From the NCBI GenBank assembly GCA_963754315.1, contig CAVWFS010000008.1, positions 32,001-96,000 of the forward strand: 64,000 nucleotides of DNA, in the 5' to 3' direction. The stretch is from an uncultured Candidatus Rokubacteria bacterium. GTDB lineage: Bacteria > Methylomirabilota > Methylomirabilia > Rokubacteriales > CSP1-6. The translations under genes were made by a program, and so were the position numbers. How positions within the stretch are numbered: position 1 is the stretch's first letter; each line of letters starts with the position of its first letter. Below are positions 61,618-64,000 of the stretch, piece by piece. The notes below the pieces were generated by a model that did no database searches, had not been told where the DNA came from, and was given only the letters and a program-made list of their open reading frames with translations.

Positions 61618-63518
61618 CCGGGATAAAAGGCCTGTTGACGGAATGTCCCGTTATCGGAAGCTGGGGAGCCGGGCCGGCGCCTCCCGGTTGTCTCCCCCCA
61701 GAGACAGCGCGGACAAACGGTAACGAGGACAACCGCCGCGTGGACAGCCGCGGACCGCCAGCGAGGCCTCGGCATGCGTGGGGTGCGCCTTTTAGAGAGC
61801 GCCCGACGGCGGCGCCAACGGGAAAGGGAGATTCGACGTACGCGGATTGCCAGAACGGCGCGAGCCGCCACGCCGAGGAGGCGCGAGCATCGCGTGTCAG
61901 AACGCGAACAGAATGTCACGCGAAAACGCCGGAGCCACTTACACGAGCACATGAGCAGGCGGGGGCGGGCGGGGCGCGGTAGCGCTCTCGCTTGGCACGA
62001 GCGACGCTGCAGCGCCTCGATCGTCCAGGTCGAAGATGAGGGCGATCAGCCGAGGGCCCGGCACGGGGGACACGCAAGGACGTCCCAATCAAAGGCGCGC
62101 GCATCAGGTCGCCACCCCCAGCCGCGGCCAGTCGGGCTGGAGGTCCCGCCGCCGCTCGTGCGAGTGTCAGTGCCAACGGAGCCGACTTCTGTGATCGGCC
62201 CGGCTTCGCGATGCCGCGACTCCATAGCGCACGACGGCGGCGCGCGCCGTGCATGAGGGGCGAGCACACGTGATAGAAGACCAGATTGATCCTCGGGCGT
62301 GGGGTCAGCGCGGCCAGTCGCGAAGGAAATCCACGGGCTCGAACACGAGATGGGTGGTGCGTCCCCAGGCGGCCTTCAACTCGAGGACCACGCGGCCTCC
62401 CCGGTGAGTGGAGCCGATCTGGGCGACGGCGGGCGGAGGAGATAGCGGCAGAGCGTCGAGTCCCTTCCGATCCTCTCCGCGCACGGTGAGTTGGGTGCAG
62501 GTCGAAGCCGTCAGATGAGCGTGCGGGCCCCACCGACGTGGCCAGCGCGCCTCAGGGTCTCGCCCGAGGGCCAGCAACGCGCGCCGCTCGTTCCCCAGCG
62601 CTACCTCCCTGCACGGACGCGCTGCTGAGCCCCGCCAGCGCCGGGATTCTTCTGCACGGGTCGGGCGGCGTTACGTCGACATCCGGGGCCAATCCCGACG
62701 TGCCAGCAGCCGGAGGATGCGGGCCGAATCCGGCTCAACAGCCGAGCGACCTGGCATCGCTCGGCGGCGGCGTGGGATAGAACTCCAGCGCGTCACGTCG
62801 GCGATGGCCGTAGAACGCGCGTCGAGGACGAGCGTGTGAAAGTGGACGTTCAGATTCAACGCCGAGCCGAAGCGCTGCACGACGGTCAGACTGCCGCTCC
62901 GGCCGCGGTAGAGCCGATTCGCGCGCTCACGCTGGAAGCCAAGCAGGGCCTGACGTAGACCGCGAGCACGGCCCGACAGAGTCCATGATCCCACGCAAGC
63001 GCGTAGCGGAGCCAGTACGGCAGGCTGAGCACCACGACGCACGGCACGTGCGGGAAGACGGCATCTACGCATGGGCGCGCGCTCGGTCATCCGCGGCCTC
63101 GCAGCTCGGACAGAACCCCCGCCCTTGCACGAGAACGGTAGCAAACGGTCCAGCCCGCACGTGCAGCGGAGACGCACGACACGTACTGGGGATGCCACAC
63201 CTGAGGAATTGCCGGAACTCGTCTCCACGAAGCGCGGCAGACCAGCGCGTCTGTCCGCTCGGCTGCGGCTTGCAGGAAGGACTCCAAGTGTCCGCGCACT
63301 ACGGTGTAGAGGACACCTGCTCGGGCGCGCGCGGTCGGTAGCTAGGTGGAATCGAGCCTCACCCTCGAGGCCATACCGCGCCGACCCAGCGGCGACAATG
63401 CCGGAAGAAAGATACGCCTCTCGGCGCTGACACCGAGACGCTGCTCTGGGTCTGTCAGCAAATCTTCGGCTTGGGCAGCTACTCGGGGTATCGCTGGACG
63501 ACGAGCTCGTGGGTCGGA
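61611..63518 (-). mobile_element. Degraded IS91/ISCR-family rolling-circle element
   Basis: Lies between the direct repeats; carries transposase relics; oriIS-like end GCCTTTTATCCCGGCTATGC at 61612-61631 on the minus strand. Confidence 0.7.
61960..63374 (-). pseudogene. IS91-family transposase, multiply frameshifted
   Basis: YRPRAPEQ, LPRFVE, FSCKG..CPSC, VQRFGSALNLNVHFHTLVLD (HUH), HLVFEP, PRPRINLVFYH, DVLACP.C. Confidence 0.85.
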
Positions 63519-63887
63519 CCTGCCGGCAGTCAAGGAGTGTCTGATTCCCTCGATGGCCCTCTACCGTCTCCCGCGACTGATCGGTCTGGCGCGAGCGAAG
63601 GAGCTGATCCTGCTGGGGGAATCGATCACCGCGCGCGAGGGTGAGCGCATCGGCCTCGTGAACCGGGCGGTGGCGCGGGCAGACTTTGCCAAGGCACTCG
63701 ACGAGACGGTGGAGCGGTTCCTGGCCCTGCCGGTGGTCAGCGCGATGGCGAGCAAGCGCCTGAGCACGCGCGCCTTCGATCTCGACTTCGAGACGTTCCG
63801 CCAGGAGATGAACACGGCCCTGGCCGGGTGCTTCACGTCCGACGAGCACACGCGCGCGATGGCCAGCATCCGCTCGAGACAACGGAG
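63519..63887 (+). repeat. 369-bp direct repeat, copy 2 (3' fragment of the enoyl-CoA hydratase gene)
   Basis: LPAVKECLIP...SRQRS-stop; lacks the 5' half. Confidence 0.92.
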
Positions 63888-64000
63888 CTGAGGCGAGCAC
63901 GTTTTCTCCCCGCGTGTGTATCTGGTTTGAGACATTGCTCGGCCCAGCGAGCGCGGCTAGAGTGAGGGCATGGCGCAAACCCCGCTGGCGCTCCGCCGCT

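Noticed and set aside
199..63978. Many long overlapping ORFs (e.g. 199..1314, 12799..14418, 21773..23884, 46727..47995, 62671..63978)
   Set aside because: Antisense or off-frame shadows of real genes in high-GC DNA; no motifs of their own.

Overview
High-GC bacterial chromosomal window. The gene content resembles Candidatus Rokubacteria/Methylomirabilota, but that is inference only. Many genes are broken by single-base indels that look like long-read consensus errors. No rRNA, tRNA or CRISPR array is visible. (1) 1-8.1 kb: a divergent cluster of uncharacterised c-type haem proteins. It includes an ORF missing from the ORF track (2112..<1, runs off the window) that fuses 4 TM helices, a catalase-like domain, a fifth TM helix and a RoxA/MauG-like cytochrome c domain. 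(2) 8.1-10 kb: a subtilase followed by a small protein resembling its own prodomain. (3) 10-33.6 kb: three tandem giant cytoplasmic hybrid histidine kinases (11, 7 and 8 GAF domains, each followed by HisKA-HATPase-REC-REC), then a single-domain receiver and a HisKA-REC-adenylate cyclase. The kinases share a promoter motif, and their upstream spacers hold three intact PIN toxin-antitoxin modules and two TA relics. (4) 34-58.5 kb: catabolic enzymes, a DUF222-HNH gene, a head-to-head junction of two 5'-truncated genes, and a Liv-type ABC transporter with rutB, a hydantoin racemase and a class IV aminotransferase. (5) 58.5-64 kb: a decay zone with a dead vapC and a degraded IS91/ISCR element flanked by a 369-bp direct duplication of the 3' end of an enoyl-CoA hydratase gene.
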